64,000 nucleotides of DNA, taken from Leucoraja erinacea. Taxonomy: Eukaryota. Every line of letters begins with the position of its first letter. Position 1 is the stretch's first letter. The notes under the pieces were generated by a model. The model made no database searches. It was not told the DNA's origin and worked only from the letters and a program-made list of their open reading frames with translations. The position numbers and the translations under genes were made by a program. The stretch covers positions 9,238,001 to 9,302,000 of the forward strand of contig NC_073415.1 of assembly GCF_028641065.1 (NCBI RefSeq). Direction: 5' to 3'. Shown piece by piece: positions 38,190 through 49,861 of this stretch.

Positions 38190-41100
38190 TGGGATATCAA
38201 AATCCATTTTTATAGTAGGAAATAAAAGAACAGGACTACACAAACTAGAGTCACAAGAAACCAATTTTAGTCAATAAAGGAAAAAATAAAATAAAAAACA
38301 AATTTATATAAAAATGAGAAAAAAATCTCAGTTGAGCAAAGGTGCAAACGGCCGGCATTATACTGATCAATTCACAGGAAACACACCGCACATTTACAAA
38401 TATACAACTCAAAGTTAAAAGGGGACAACGGCATAACACTTGTACAGGAGTTCAGGGATGGGGTCAGTTTTAGTCACAAGTCCAGCAATAAGAGCATCTG
38501 AGAAACATCTCCAAAGCATTCATCTCCTCCGAGCAATGGAATAGCATACCTAGGAAAGGTTGCCTGCATGCAGACCGGAGATCCAAACATGGCCTGGCTC
38601 TTCACTCACTGGACAGCCTTGCCATCAAACAGACTGCCTTCCTGCTTTATAATGTACCCAGTTCCCACATCTCAGGATCAGAGACTGCATAGCTTTAGTG
38701 AATGTCGTTTTCAAAATAGTCTCCTGCTTGGCTTTTCGCAGGAGAATGCGTCACAACAGTAGCAATGTGTGAGCAGGCACTGAGAATTTCTATTTGAGTG
38801 CGGACATGTGCGGGGTAAGAGCAGGCAACCAGGCATGGCAAGACGCAGCGGGGAGACATGCCCTTTCTCAGATACTCCTTGCCTGAACCAACGTTTACAT
38901 CTTAGACAGTGTTTTTACCCTCAATCCCACGCAGGGCTGTTAAAATAGTCACTTTTCAGTTGTGCAAACTGGTAACCAATATATTTTTGACATCAGAATC
39001 AAGCTAAACCTTCCTTTTACAGACCATTGAGATTAGTGTCAGTGATATTGTTAATACAATACAGTATGCAGCACACTGGCACAACCCAGCTCCTTACTAC
39101 TGATCCACACCACTGGACAACCCACAGGCCCAAAGATCCACCCCAATTGGGAGGCTAGAGAAAATGCCAACCATCTGCCCACTGAAGCTCTGTGCTTGGA
39201 TGCACCGTTCAGTCAGAACACTGGCATCTGTGCCCAGCATCAGTGCAACTGTGGAGCAGCAAAATTCCAATTCCGTCTTCAAATCTGCCTGGTGTCACAG
39301 TGATAATCAGACCAGCATCTAGCAGAGCCAGGGAGATGACAACAGTAAATGCTGCTCAACTCTCAGCCAAGAGACGAGGGGACCTGGAATTCCACCCCCC
39401 TGCCACAAATTTTCCCAATGGGTCCCCACCCCTTCCCTTTTATTCATAATGTATAATACGATTTAGTTACCCAACTCATCTCAAGACACCCCTGTAAAAA
39501 TGCTCGTTGTTTCCAGGCGAGTTCCCACTTTGCACCCTCCTCCCTCCCCAGGGAAAATGACTGCCCTGCAGATCACTGAGGGGAAATCAGACTCTGCCTT
39601 GATTCCAATTGCTCATGGCGTCGCCATCTAACAAAGGAAGAATACCTTTCAGGCAACATGGCCCGGGGTAGGCCTTTGACTTTTCGGGTGTGACCTCGCT
39701 CGTGAAAATGGCAGTGAGTGAAGAGGCAAAAATGCCAAAACCTCTTACCACCCAGTTAAAAATAAAGCAGCTCAATATCTGTTCAATGCTCTGTCACTAA
39801 CATTCCCAATTATCCTTTTCCTCCCTTCCCCATCCCTCCAAAACACCACCTTCCCATTTTGGTTCAAACAATATACTCAGGCTACATCGTGATTACATCA
39901 GCATGACAAAGAAACACTGCTGTTTACTTCTATGAATAACATTTAAGGATTAGAAACATATGCACCACATTGAGCATGCAACATTCAGTCTGCAAGTGCT
40001 CAGACAGTTTGAGGTACAGCCAGATAAAGACAGTTGTTTGCTTCTTGATGTCATGGCACAGGAGCACCACAATCCCTCCAACAGATTCACTCACCCTCTA
40101 AACTCACTCTCACCTCCTTACTGCTATTGTAGAGAGCTACAGCTGAACACAAACATAAATAAATTAAAACAGACTCACAACTAACACACAATCTATTGGC
40201 AGGTACTCCAAGCACAGTTTACATCAGGGCCCTTTGAAGCCGCACAAAATATAATCCAACCCTGGTCTTGGTGATTGCTGGTAAAGATTTGGATTTGCTT
40301 CATAGAGGAGAGCTGAGCTCTTTGTTCCATCTTCTCTTTTGTCCCAATAGAGTTCCACACACAAGCACTGTGCAAAATGAGCAAGATCAGTACATTCCTG
40401 ACAGGTCTGTGGACCTCCAGTCCAGTGGCAATGGTAGATACTGTTAGACCACACCAAGGTCCGTGCCAGCAGCCAGATAGCACTGACTGCCCAATACCAC
40501 AATACCCCAGAAATCAATGAAAATAATTCAGAACCATCCCATTTTGGGAGGCTGGGGGGGGGGGGGGGAAGAAAGAGACGATGTTATTTCTAGAAATGGT
40601 TGTCAAAGGTCAAACAGAAAACAAATCTAAAGAGACAAGGAACGAAATTCCAAAATTCGGGTCATATGGACAAGGAAATACAACTAATAGTCGGGACTGG
40701 TCCAAATTACCACTTGCCATCAGCAAACAAATAGAATACCCGCCAACACCAAGTCCGGTTGGACATTAAGGGTTTAACAATCTATCGCCTGGCCTCACGC
40801 AGCTGGGGAAATGCACCAGTGACCAGAGCCAATACATGCTCTGCTCCCAGGGGCACTTGGAGCCAGACTCTCCTCATTTATTAGCAACATTAAATTTCTC
40901 ACCTGCAGACTAACATCCTTATCACATTAAATATGACACGAATCACAACAATTCAGAGACAAAATGTTCACCGTACGCTTTTTAGAGACACAAAGACCAG
41001 AGGAATGAGGCCCAGAGCATCTTGCCTCACTCTAATGTAGGAGAGACCAAGAACCTGGGCAAAATGTGACCATCAATTTAATCCTTGTGTCCCTAGAACT

Positions 41101-41375
41101 TCACTTAACTGTTGAAAATAATTTTACAAAAGATTTCCCACAAGCAAGGGACAAACCTGCTAAGAGAAAACAGGAATGGTTACAGGACTTGAACTAAAGA
41201 CACCACTACTTTCCCAGGGACAAGAATAATGGGCGCTGTAATAACAGTTTACACTGGTCAATGTAGCAAGAGATCCAGTGAGTGGTTCTTAATAAACTAG
41301 TGGCTCAGCAAGCAGGTGGGAACTTGTACGTTTCATTGTAAGCCAGTTATACAGCACATTATTTCTTGGGGTGGT

Positions 41376-41408
<33 letters not shown>

Positions 41409-43167
41409 AAGGTGTGGTGTTGGAAATCTCTACCTGGTCCACACAAAACCAGTGACACGTATGCGCTTCTGATCAGTCCATGGCAGGCTGGGTTCGTGGT
41501 TTGACAGATGAGAGGCACAATGCTCACAACTAGCAGGCAAACATTGAAAGCCCATGTGGTTTTTGGAGCTGAACATCACTCATGACTAGAGGGAAGAAAT
41601 GGGCCATATAAATTTATTTTAATCGTGGCATGTCAACTCCCAACACCAAATAACGTAGTTTTGCAGGATTTGGACTGAAGCCATTTCATGAGTTGCCTAC
41701 TGGACTGTTTTGCCACGGGTCTCAGTTCTCCAATGCTTGGTCAGATCTAGTGTTAGCATCTATAGCAGAGGATACAGTGATCACATTCAGAATGATTCTG
41801 ATGATAGTAGGTTTGAAAAGCAAAAATGGAAACTAGCGGGAAACTATTGTTGCGTCCATTATTTGCCTAAATTGGAAACATATTGCCCAAAGTCCTCATT
41901 GGCAGGACCCTACTCTGCAAGTACAACATCTCAGCCAATACACTGACCAAATAGGTTGTCATAATAACCATAAACCCATCTAGAATACAATTACATTTTT
42001 GCCTGTTTGTGGCTACTGAAAAACTAGTCGTATTCCCCCGCAAACATCTATCAATGCAGTAGCTCCATCAGTTAATCCTTAATCCATTCAGCACAGAGCA
42101 AATATCTCCTACCTCTCACCACCAATAGCACACCTGTGTCAAACTGCAGTTCAGGAACATGGAATCAACTATAGAACAATTAAAAAAAGTCACAGGTCCT
42201 AGCAAGGGGTGTTTTTTAAAAAAAGCTTTTTTTCTTTGAACACTTGCCATTTCAATTTACACTTTTTTTTTAAAAAGAGCGCAGCAGCACATTATCACAA
42301 AAAATAATTAGGAACAAACTCGAACAGTTCATCGTTTAACAGGGCGTTGCCAGAGCCCGACAGTACAGACATGCTTCATTACAGGATCAAAGGTACAGGC
42401 TTTCATCCCAGCACTCCCACCCCCCACCCCCCTGCCCCGACAATATCTCCTGTCCACTCCCAGGCACGAGGGGAGCAGAAAGCCGAGCGCCACTCCGCAT
42501 TGGACCGATCCATCGGAAATGATAGTGAAGCCTTGATCTACACACATACGTTATGGTTCATTACATTCTATTCAGAGATCGCTAGACTATTACAGTTCGC
42601 CACCATGCAGTCTAGCTTGAAACAGTGACTCTCTTTTTAGATGACTGCTGGGGTATCTACGCAACGGTACAAAGCTCAGTATGCTTTCTAGCTTTAATGT
42701 GTTTTAAAACAAAAAGTTTTGACTTTTAAAAACTTCTACTCTTAAACCACGGCACAAGCATCAGACTTGGTGTTACCCAAATTTAGATGGTCAAGGCTGT
42801 TTAAACCTAGCCAATTTTATTAATCTTTTGGAATTCTTCACTAAGCCTGCCTATATTTTTAATTTTTTTCCCCTAAATTCCCCCCACACGTTTTGCCCCC
42901 TCCCGAATTGTCCGAGAGATTTGACCCTCAGGATCTTTGGATTATCCCGCGTGTAGTGGCAATTGCCTCTTCAGAGAGAAGGCGTGCAAGATCTTTCAGC
43001 CTAATTGATCCCGTTTGCTCTGGTTTAGAGGCGGTTTCCCCCCCGATATTTCCGGAGAAAGGGGGTGTTTTTTTTAGTCCCACCAACTCCACCCTAACCC
43101 CCCATTGACAGGGCAGTACAACTCCTAGATGTGGATGATTTCCCAGTAGCCCTCCCAGCAACAGAAA
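38190..43167 (-). other. TNPO2: TNPO2 terminal 3' UTR exon (about 5 kb if the distal end is used)
   Basis: Pyrimidine tract and CAG acceptor at 43168-43170; no recognisable SINE or LINE; AATAAA on minus near 41613 and 40877; U-rich distal end. The distal boundary is uncertain. Confidence 0.6.
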
Positions 43168-43818
43168 CCTGCCAAAAGAAAAGAAAAAAAGACTTTAGTG
43201 TTTATCCAGAGTATTATAGAAGTAATTAAAAATAAATTGCTTTAAACATTAAAATAATTGAATATCTTGTATTAAACCAACTTCCCTCCACCCACAGAAG
43301 ATATCTTAAAGCCTGGAATTCAAGCCAAAGGAAATGACCAGTCTTGCATCAGGCACCAAGATTGCATTCTGGCGCCAACCCAAACCGCTGAGAATCAAAA
43401 TAACACTGCAAACCCAAAATAAAACCAAAAATGCTGAAATCACACAGTTCAGGCCACATTTGTGGGAAGAGAAAGAATTGTGTTTTAATGCTGCAGCTCC
43501 AAGACCATTCAATTGGAAATGTTAGCCGTTTCTCTTCCCACAGATGTGCCCTGATCTCAAGTATTGCCAGTATTCTTTTAATCCCAAATGTCATTCTATT
43601 CCAGACACTTCTCCTAAGAGGATAGCTTTCCATTCCAAAGCCAGTGAAGAGGTGGACAGCCGTCATCAACACTCCAAACCTCAGCTACAGGGCAAGCCCG
43701 ATCACTGAGATACAACCTGGAGAAACACCAGATCTTGCCACTTCACTAGATGCTATCCTTTTACCCCACAGGTCTCCGTCACGGGATACCTACCTGACAT
43801 TATGTCCCTTAACTTCAG

Positions 43819-43836
43819 CTATACGCCATAGAATGC
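43819..43836 (-). CDS. TNPO2: TNPO2 last coding exon, recognisable 3' remnant only (AFYGV*)
   Basis: GCA TTC TAT GGC GTA TAG, then 25 nt and a CAG/GTAGGT donor at 43793. The upstream part does not match the expected ILHGFKDQV...RLA. Confidence 0.75.
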   Translation of the reverse strand, partial: AFYGV

Positions 43837-43955
43837 ACAAGACCTGTCAAATGGCAGATGAGCTGGAGGACAGAGATGTGTGGTGCGTCCGCCACCATTC
43901 CCGTTAGAAACCTGCACCACTGCGTCGCTAATGTTTTCAACGATGAATGAATAAA

Positions 43956-44166
43956 TACTATCCTACATACATTAGGGACAATTTACTATTTTACCAAGCC
44001 AATTAGCCTCCAAATCTGTACGTCCCTGGAGTGTGGGAGGAAATTGGAGATCCCAGAGAAAACCATGCAGGACACGGGGAGAACATACAGCCAGCATCTC
44101 TAGGCAGGATCGAACCCGGGCTCTGGTGCTGTAAGGCAACAACTCTACCCAGGCGCCCCTGTGCCA
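43956..44166 (-). mobile_element. V-SINE (HE1-like), tail truncated next to the anomalous TNPO2 exon
   Basis: Head with GGTTCGATCC and V core. Confidence 0.8.
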
Positions 44167-44719
44167 CTTTCGATAGAACCGTCATGGACCAAACCATCAA
44201 CTTTAGTGGGGCATAAGGCAGAGGATAATGAGGCACATGGTATGTCACCTGAGCCCACACAGAGTTCTAGATCCTTGTATAGATTAAGTTTAGGGCTTTC
44301 GGTACAAGGGCTTCAGCAACTAAAAAAAGCTGATTGGAGGATATGCACTATGAGCTTTGAACAGGCAGATCAAGTGGCTAAGCAATAAAATGTGTTGCTG
44401 GGCAGACATCAATGGCTCCTGAACATCCCAATATTTAAGAGGAACAGTTTGGTTCACTCTATACTGGATGTGGGGCAAGCATTCTGATGATACAGACAAA
44501 TGTTGTGAAATGTCAGAGCTGTACACATGCACAAAGATTGACTGTTGAGTCAATTGAGATACCAGATGGTCTAAGAGCTCCCAACAACATCCAGCTGAAG
44601 TGTGCCACTAATTCAAGTCACTCAGTCAACAGATACAACATGCAGAGATATTTTAACCATACCCAACTTAAATGACAAAAGGGTCGTTTCTCACTGTTTC
44701 TGGATGATGTGGGGCAAAT

Positions 44720-45142
44720 AAGTTAATAAGTTGCAGGAGCAGAATTAGGCCATTCGGCCCATCAAATTGACCGCCATTTAATCATGGCTGATCTATCCTT
44801 CCCTCTCTACTCCACTCTCCTGCCTTCTCCCCATAAGCCCTGACACCCGTATTAATTAACATTCTATCAATCTCCACTGTAAAATTATCAATTGGGCTCC
44901 ACAGCCTTCTATGGAAATGAATTCCAGATTTACCACCCTCTTATTATTCTGAGGCCATGGCCTCAAGTACTAGACTCTTCCACTAGTGGAAACATCCTCT
45001 CTATCCAGACGTTTCACTATTAGGTAAATTTCAATGAGGTCCTCCGTCATCCTTCTAAACTCCAGCGAATACAGGCCGAGTACCATCAAATGTTAACCCA
45101 ATCATCCCTGGGATCATTCTTATAAACCTCCTCTGGACCCTC
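44720..45142 (-). mobile_element. CR1 LINE 3' fragment
   Basis: Family similarity to 1640-1850 and 4895-5110. Confidence 0.75.
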
Positions 45143-45232
45143 TCACAATACTTATAGGTTATAGCTGCCGAGGAGGAACAGAAAATGTCAACAAACCAAC
45201 ACAATCGGTTGGAATATCACCCTCGGTTAATA

Positions 45233-45301
45233 TGCTCAGAATAGAAAAGCTCAACATTTAATTCAGGATTCAAATGTCTGCGTATTCTAATCATCACAGC
45301 A
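45233..45301 (-). ncRNA. Intronic box C/D snoRNA, copy A
   Basis: C box GTGATGA, guide GCAGACATTTGAAT, D' CTGA, C'-like TGTTGA, D CTGA, short terminal stem; sense to TNPO2. Confidence 0.8.
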
Positions 45302-45481
45302 GTATTCCCAGGTGTTAGCAGCACTCCATTGCTCTTGTGAAATACCACTCTCAACATGGGAATAGCTACCTTCAATTTAATTATGCAAGCTACAAATGTC
45401 AAAGAATCCAGTATGCAGCCAGGGGAGTGAGTGAAATGGACATCTCAGGGTAGACTTAGAATCCACAGAACAGTCACCTAC

Positions 45482-45556
45482 CTTGTAAAACATCTCACGC
45501 AGGTCGTCCTTTGGGTTCACCCATGACGCAACAGCATCGCAGAAGAAGATGAAGTC
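45482..45556 (-). CDS. TNPO2: Transportin-2 coding exon 21
   Basis: 75 nt, [25 protein letters not shown]. Confidence 0.95.
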
Positions 45557-45932
45557 CTAGAAGGAACAAATTGTTCAGTTTTCATTTGCACACACAGAAC
45601 CTGCATGGTTCACCCATGCATACACCTTGCTTGAAACCAGTGGAGCAGGAAATGCAGAAAATGAACAATCATTCTGCATTCACCCAAAAATGCCCATGGA
45701 ATTCTGAATCTGTAGGTCCGCTACAACATCCCCCCCAAATCCCCCCCCCCCCCACACAGTGCAGTTGCTTATGCTTGCTTTCTCCAGTATCCCATCCATA
45801 CAGACAACCACTGAATTAAACAAGCATCATGAAAAGAAGTTGTCATCTTTAACTTGGTGATTTGGGGTGAAGGCTAACAGATTATCAGTTCACTCAATAC
45901 CAAACTAGGGATAGCCTTGTTAGTGGGATTCA

Positions 45933-46094
<162 letters not shown>

Positions 46095-46257
46095 TTAAAA
46101 GTAGCATCACATGGACCTTAGGCTATGAGAACCTCACCGCTGCCCTGGTGTGGCTTCCACACCACACTGCCTCCTGGAGCAGAGACATTATTGGCACTTG
46201 ACCAGTGGCCACTGGGAATGCAGCAAGGGTGGGGGAAGAGAGAGAAGGTGAAGATTG

Positions 46258-46670
46258 GGGTAGATAAAATGCTGGAGTAACTCAACGGGACAGGCAGCAT
46301 CTCTGGAGAGAAGGAATAGGTGACGTTTCGGATCGAGACCCTTCTTCAGACTGATGTCAGGGGAGATAGAATGGAGACAATAAGACTGGTGGGAGAACTG
46401 GGAAGGGGGATGGAGAGAGGGAGAAAGCAAGGGTTATTTGAAGGTAGTGAAGTCAATGTGCATACCGCTGGGGTGTAAGCCAGCCAAGTGAAATATGCTG
46501 TTCCTCCAATTTGTACTGGGCCTCAATGACAATGGAGGAGGCCCAGGGCAGAAAGGTCAGATTGGGAATGGGAGGGGGAGTTGAAGTGCTGAGCAACCTT
46601 GAGATCAGTTAGGTTAAGGCAGACTGAGTGGAGGTGCTCAGCGAAACGATTCGCTGAGCCAGCTCTTGGT
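46258..46670 (-). mobile_element. Penelope-like element 3' fragment: GIY-YIG C-terminus, UTR and hammerhead motif
   Basis: Degenerate translation RFAEHLHSV..VAQHFNSPSHSQSDLSALGLL..KLEEQHI..LHPSGMHIDF, then CTGAAGAAGGGTCTCGATCCGAAACGTC. Confidence 0.85.
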
Positions 46671-46711
46671 TGAGTGGGGTTATGTTCAAGGATTACTTAT
46701 GAAACACTCAC

Positions 46712-46787
46712 CACGGCCTGATGAACTGCTGCAGCATGGGCGCTACCTCCTGAGGGCACACGTAACCCAAGCGACCGATGGTAATAG
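46712..46787 (-). CDS. TNPO2: Transportin-2 coding exon 19
   Basis: 76 nt, [24 protein letters not shown]. Confidence 0.95.
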
Positions 46788-46857
46788 CTGTGGAGGAGGA
46801 ATGAGAAATGTCAACAAACATCAACACATTCAGTTGGAGTAGTGCCCTCGGTTATTA

Positions 46858-46926
46858 TGCTCAGAATAGAAAAGCTCAACATTTAATTCAGGATTCAAAT
46901 GTCTGCATATTCTCATCATCACTGCA
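46858..46926 (-). ncRNA. Intronic box C/D snoRNA, copy B
   Basis: Same box layout and guide as copy A; 70 nt upstream of the exon 19 acceptor. Confidence 0.85.
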
Positions 46927-47127
46927 GTATTCCCAAGTGTTAGTAGCACTCCATCGTTCTGTCACAGAGGGAAGGGCAGATCAGGATGGGGGCCAATATA
47001 TCTGTTCTCTGTTAGTCATTTGTACATGCACAGGAAAATTCAGACAGATAAATACAAGAGTTTAGAAAATGCATGATCATTTTAACCCCGAGCTCTCAAC
47101 TGGTACTCAGCATCTTCAGTTTCTTAC

Positions 47128-47223
47128 CAGTGTTTTCAAGCAGAGTCTTGGGAGTGTTTGGTCTGTTGATGATCTCCACCAAGTTATTCAGGACTAGCGA
47201 CACATATGGCTGCATCTCAGCAC
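47128..47223 (-). CDS. TNPO2: Transportin-2 coding exon 18
   Basis: 96 nt, [31 protein letters not shown]. Confidence 0.95.
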
Positions 47224-47550
47224 CTAATAAAAAAAGCAAAGTTCATGTTCAAAGTCTTATATTCCCCAAAACTGAACAACAAGGCAACAGTTAAGATAGT
47301 TTTTAAAAAAAAGCACACATTAATGAGCATCGAGCACAATTTTAAGATCAATCTCCTGTAATTTAAAACCCTTTGTTTTAACTCTTAATCTTCCCTTGAA
47401 GGGCGTAAACAAAGTAACGATATTTCACAGGGTTTTTCGCTCAGCCATCGCCATGAGTGCACCTTGACCATGGGCAACACGATATAAACACTAATCAATG
47501 CCTCACACACTTTTTCCAATCTTCCAATTGGACTTACTCTAAAGACTTAC

Positions 47551-47649
47551 CCATCTGCATGCAGATCTCCCCAATTGCCCACGTGGCATTGTTGCACACA
47601 GAAATAAACTCAGGGTTTAGGTTGGTCCCCAAGATTGGCATGAATTCAG
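47551..47649 (-). CDS. TNPO2: Transportin-2 coding exon 17
   Basis: 99 nt, [32 protein letters not shown]. Confidence 0.95.
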
Positions 47650-48313
47650 CTGAAGAGAGTGGGAAAAGAAGAGGAAACTATTTTTAAAAACATCGCAATA
47701 GTGAAAACAGAACTGCTTCATACTCATTCACATCCACACTACCAAAAGCAGAAATGTAGTGACCACATGGCCTGCACAGAGGGGAGCACCATAACCACAT
47801 TTAAACAGTTGCTTGTTAATGTAAGAAGGGCAGCCATTCTAACCAGCCTTGAATCTGGCACAAACCAGCAATTCAGGATCTGGAGGGGGCAAGGAGAGGG
47901 ATATGCATGGTAGACAGGGAATATGAAAGGAAATCCAGACTATTACTGTAAACCACATAGCTCAGCAATATTAGGAAGCATTCCTGAATGTGATAGCCTG
48001 ACACAGGACTTTACATATATTTACAAGCCAGAGTAACACAGCATGGAAACAGGCTCTTTGGATGAACTCGTCCATACCGACCAAGACGCCTATCTGAGAT
48101 TTTCCCTTTTGGCCCATCTCTAATTTTTTTCTATCCATGTACCAGTGCAAATATCTTTTAAATATTGTAACTGTACCTGGTTCTTTCTCTTATCACCAAT
48201 ACAAATTATTTTCAGAATAGTGGTAGGGATCAAGCACTATCCAAAGATATGGGACAAATTAGATGGGAGCACCCAGACATACAATTAGGCTTGTTTGTAG
48301 CCTCCATACTCAC

Positions 48314-48401
48314 CTATACAGGGTTTAACGTGCTGGAAACATGCTTTGGTGAGATCTCCCAAAAGTGCAAATGAACTCTGACGCACCTCTGGCATGGTGT
48401 C
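48314..48401 (-). CDS. TNPO2: Transportin-2 coding exon 16
   Basis: 88 nt, [29 protein letters not shown]. Confidence 0.95.
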
Positions 48402-49042
48402 CTAGAGAGGAGACACAAGATATGTCACTGAAAACCCAAAGCCCATGGATTATAACACAGCATAATTGACCTTCTCACTCAACCCTGTTCATCTCTATAA
48501 TATTCAGTTCACCTTTATAATTATGAAGAACAGAACAACTTCATTCCGTTTTATGTTAAATCAATGACTACACCAATCAAGATTGTAACAAGTAGCTCTG
48601 TGGAAAAATGTTACAGGGCGCAATACGGACTCAAGGGTCCAAAAGAACCAAATGTTAGATCAATGCGTCACTTAGATGGCACAGATCCACCTTCACATAG
48701 GTCATTTGGTTCAGGCTGGGAGAGTAAATGCCACTACCTCTTTGCTCACTGTCAAAAAGGTTAAACTAATCTCAGAGTTAAGCAAAATTAGCGCCATATT
48801 TGAACACTAGTACATTGCTGATCCTGCTAACGTCCAGACAAAATATTAAACCAAAATAAGGGGCATTTTACCACTCCTAGACTTTATTAATATATGGCTC
48901 GCAATAATTCACATTGTGGGATTTGCCAGCAGGTTTTTATGCAATGCAACCATGATTAAATCTTTGGCAACGTTTCAATCAGATACACCAAGGCCATAAA
49001 AATTCTGGCGCAAATTGTCAAGCGTGGCTTCCTTTCACTTGC

Positions 49043-49201
49043 CTGCATGCACTGAAATAGAAGAGTCATGATGTTACTCCGAGCTACCAACTGCTCTACA
49101 TTGCCACCGAGGCCCTCTGCCAAGCCGCTCAGCAGATCCAGGGCCACTATCATGAAGTCCTTGTCTGGAGCCTCGTATTGATCCGGCTGAGTATTATACA
49201 T
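49043..49201 (-). CDS. TNPO2: Transportin-2 coding exon 15
   Basis: 159 nt, [33 protein letters not shown]...LFQCMQ; GC donor. Confidence 0.95.
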
Positions 49202-49304
49202 CTGAGAACAAAAGTAAGAAAAAAACAGTGAGGAAACATTCGTCGATAACATGGAAAGACACCAACCTTATTCTTACATGAGGAACCTTGAAAATGGTAC
49301 ATGC

Positions 49305-49378
49305 TGCTTCAGAATAAAGAAAAAAATCAACAGAAGTTGTTCAGTATTCAAATGTCTGCATTTCTATTCATCATAGCA
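49305..49378 (-). ncRNA. Intronic box C/D snoRNA, copy C (diverged)
   Basis: TGCT-ATGATGA...GCAGACATTTGAAT-A-CTGA...CTGA-AGCA; boxes and guide conserved while spacers diverge. Confidence 0.85.
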
Positions 49379-49639
49379 AAGGCATGTCCCAGATTCAACT
49401 TTTTTAAGATCAACTAGCACAAACAATGCGAAAATCCATGACACAGACACTCATTTGGTCATTTACGTTTCACACAAGCTTAAATCAGCAGGGTCTGCAA
49501 CTGAAACCATGCTGTGGACCTCCACACCAACATACCCTGCAACTTGCCCACTGCATAGTCGTAGCTTTCCACTGTGCTACAGGCAGCACTTACTCTGCAA
49601 TCGATGAAGATGCACCCTGACGTTGAAGGTGTTCAGCTA

Positions 49640-49861
<222 letters not shown>

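Noticed and set aside
41375-41407. Long poly-G runs, also near 11851, 22733, 25109 and 31462
   Set aside because: Simple homopolymers whose length is unreliable in assemblies; no further structure.
45590-45700. Hairpins and an LHGFK-like DNA resemblance in TNPO2 intron 20
   Set aside because: Wrong position (upstream of exon 21), out of frame, and no H box; not the missing exon or a convincing snoRNA.
46788-46820. Alternative acceptor 30 nt upstream of exon 19, which gives the 10-aa insert of the long mammalian TNPO2 isoform
   Set aside because: No AG at the required position (46818-46819).
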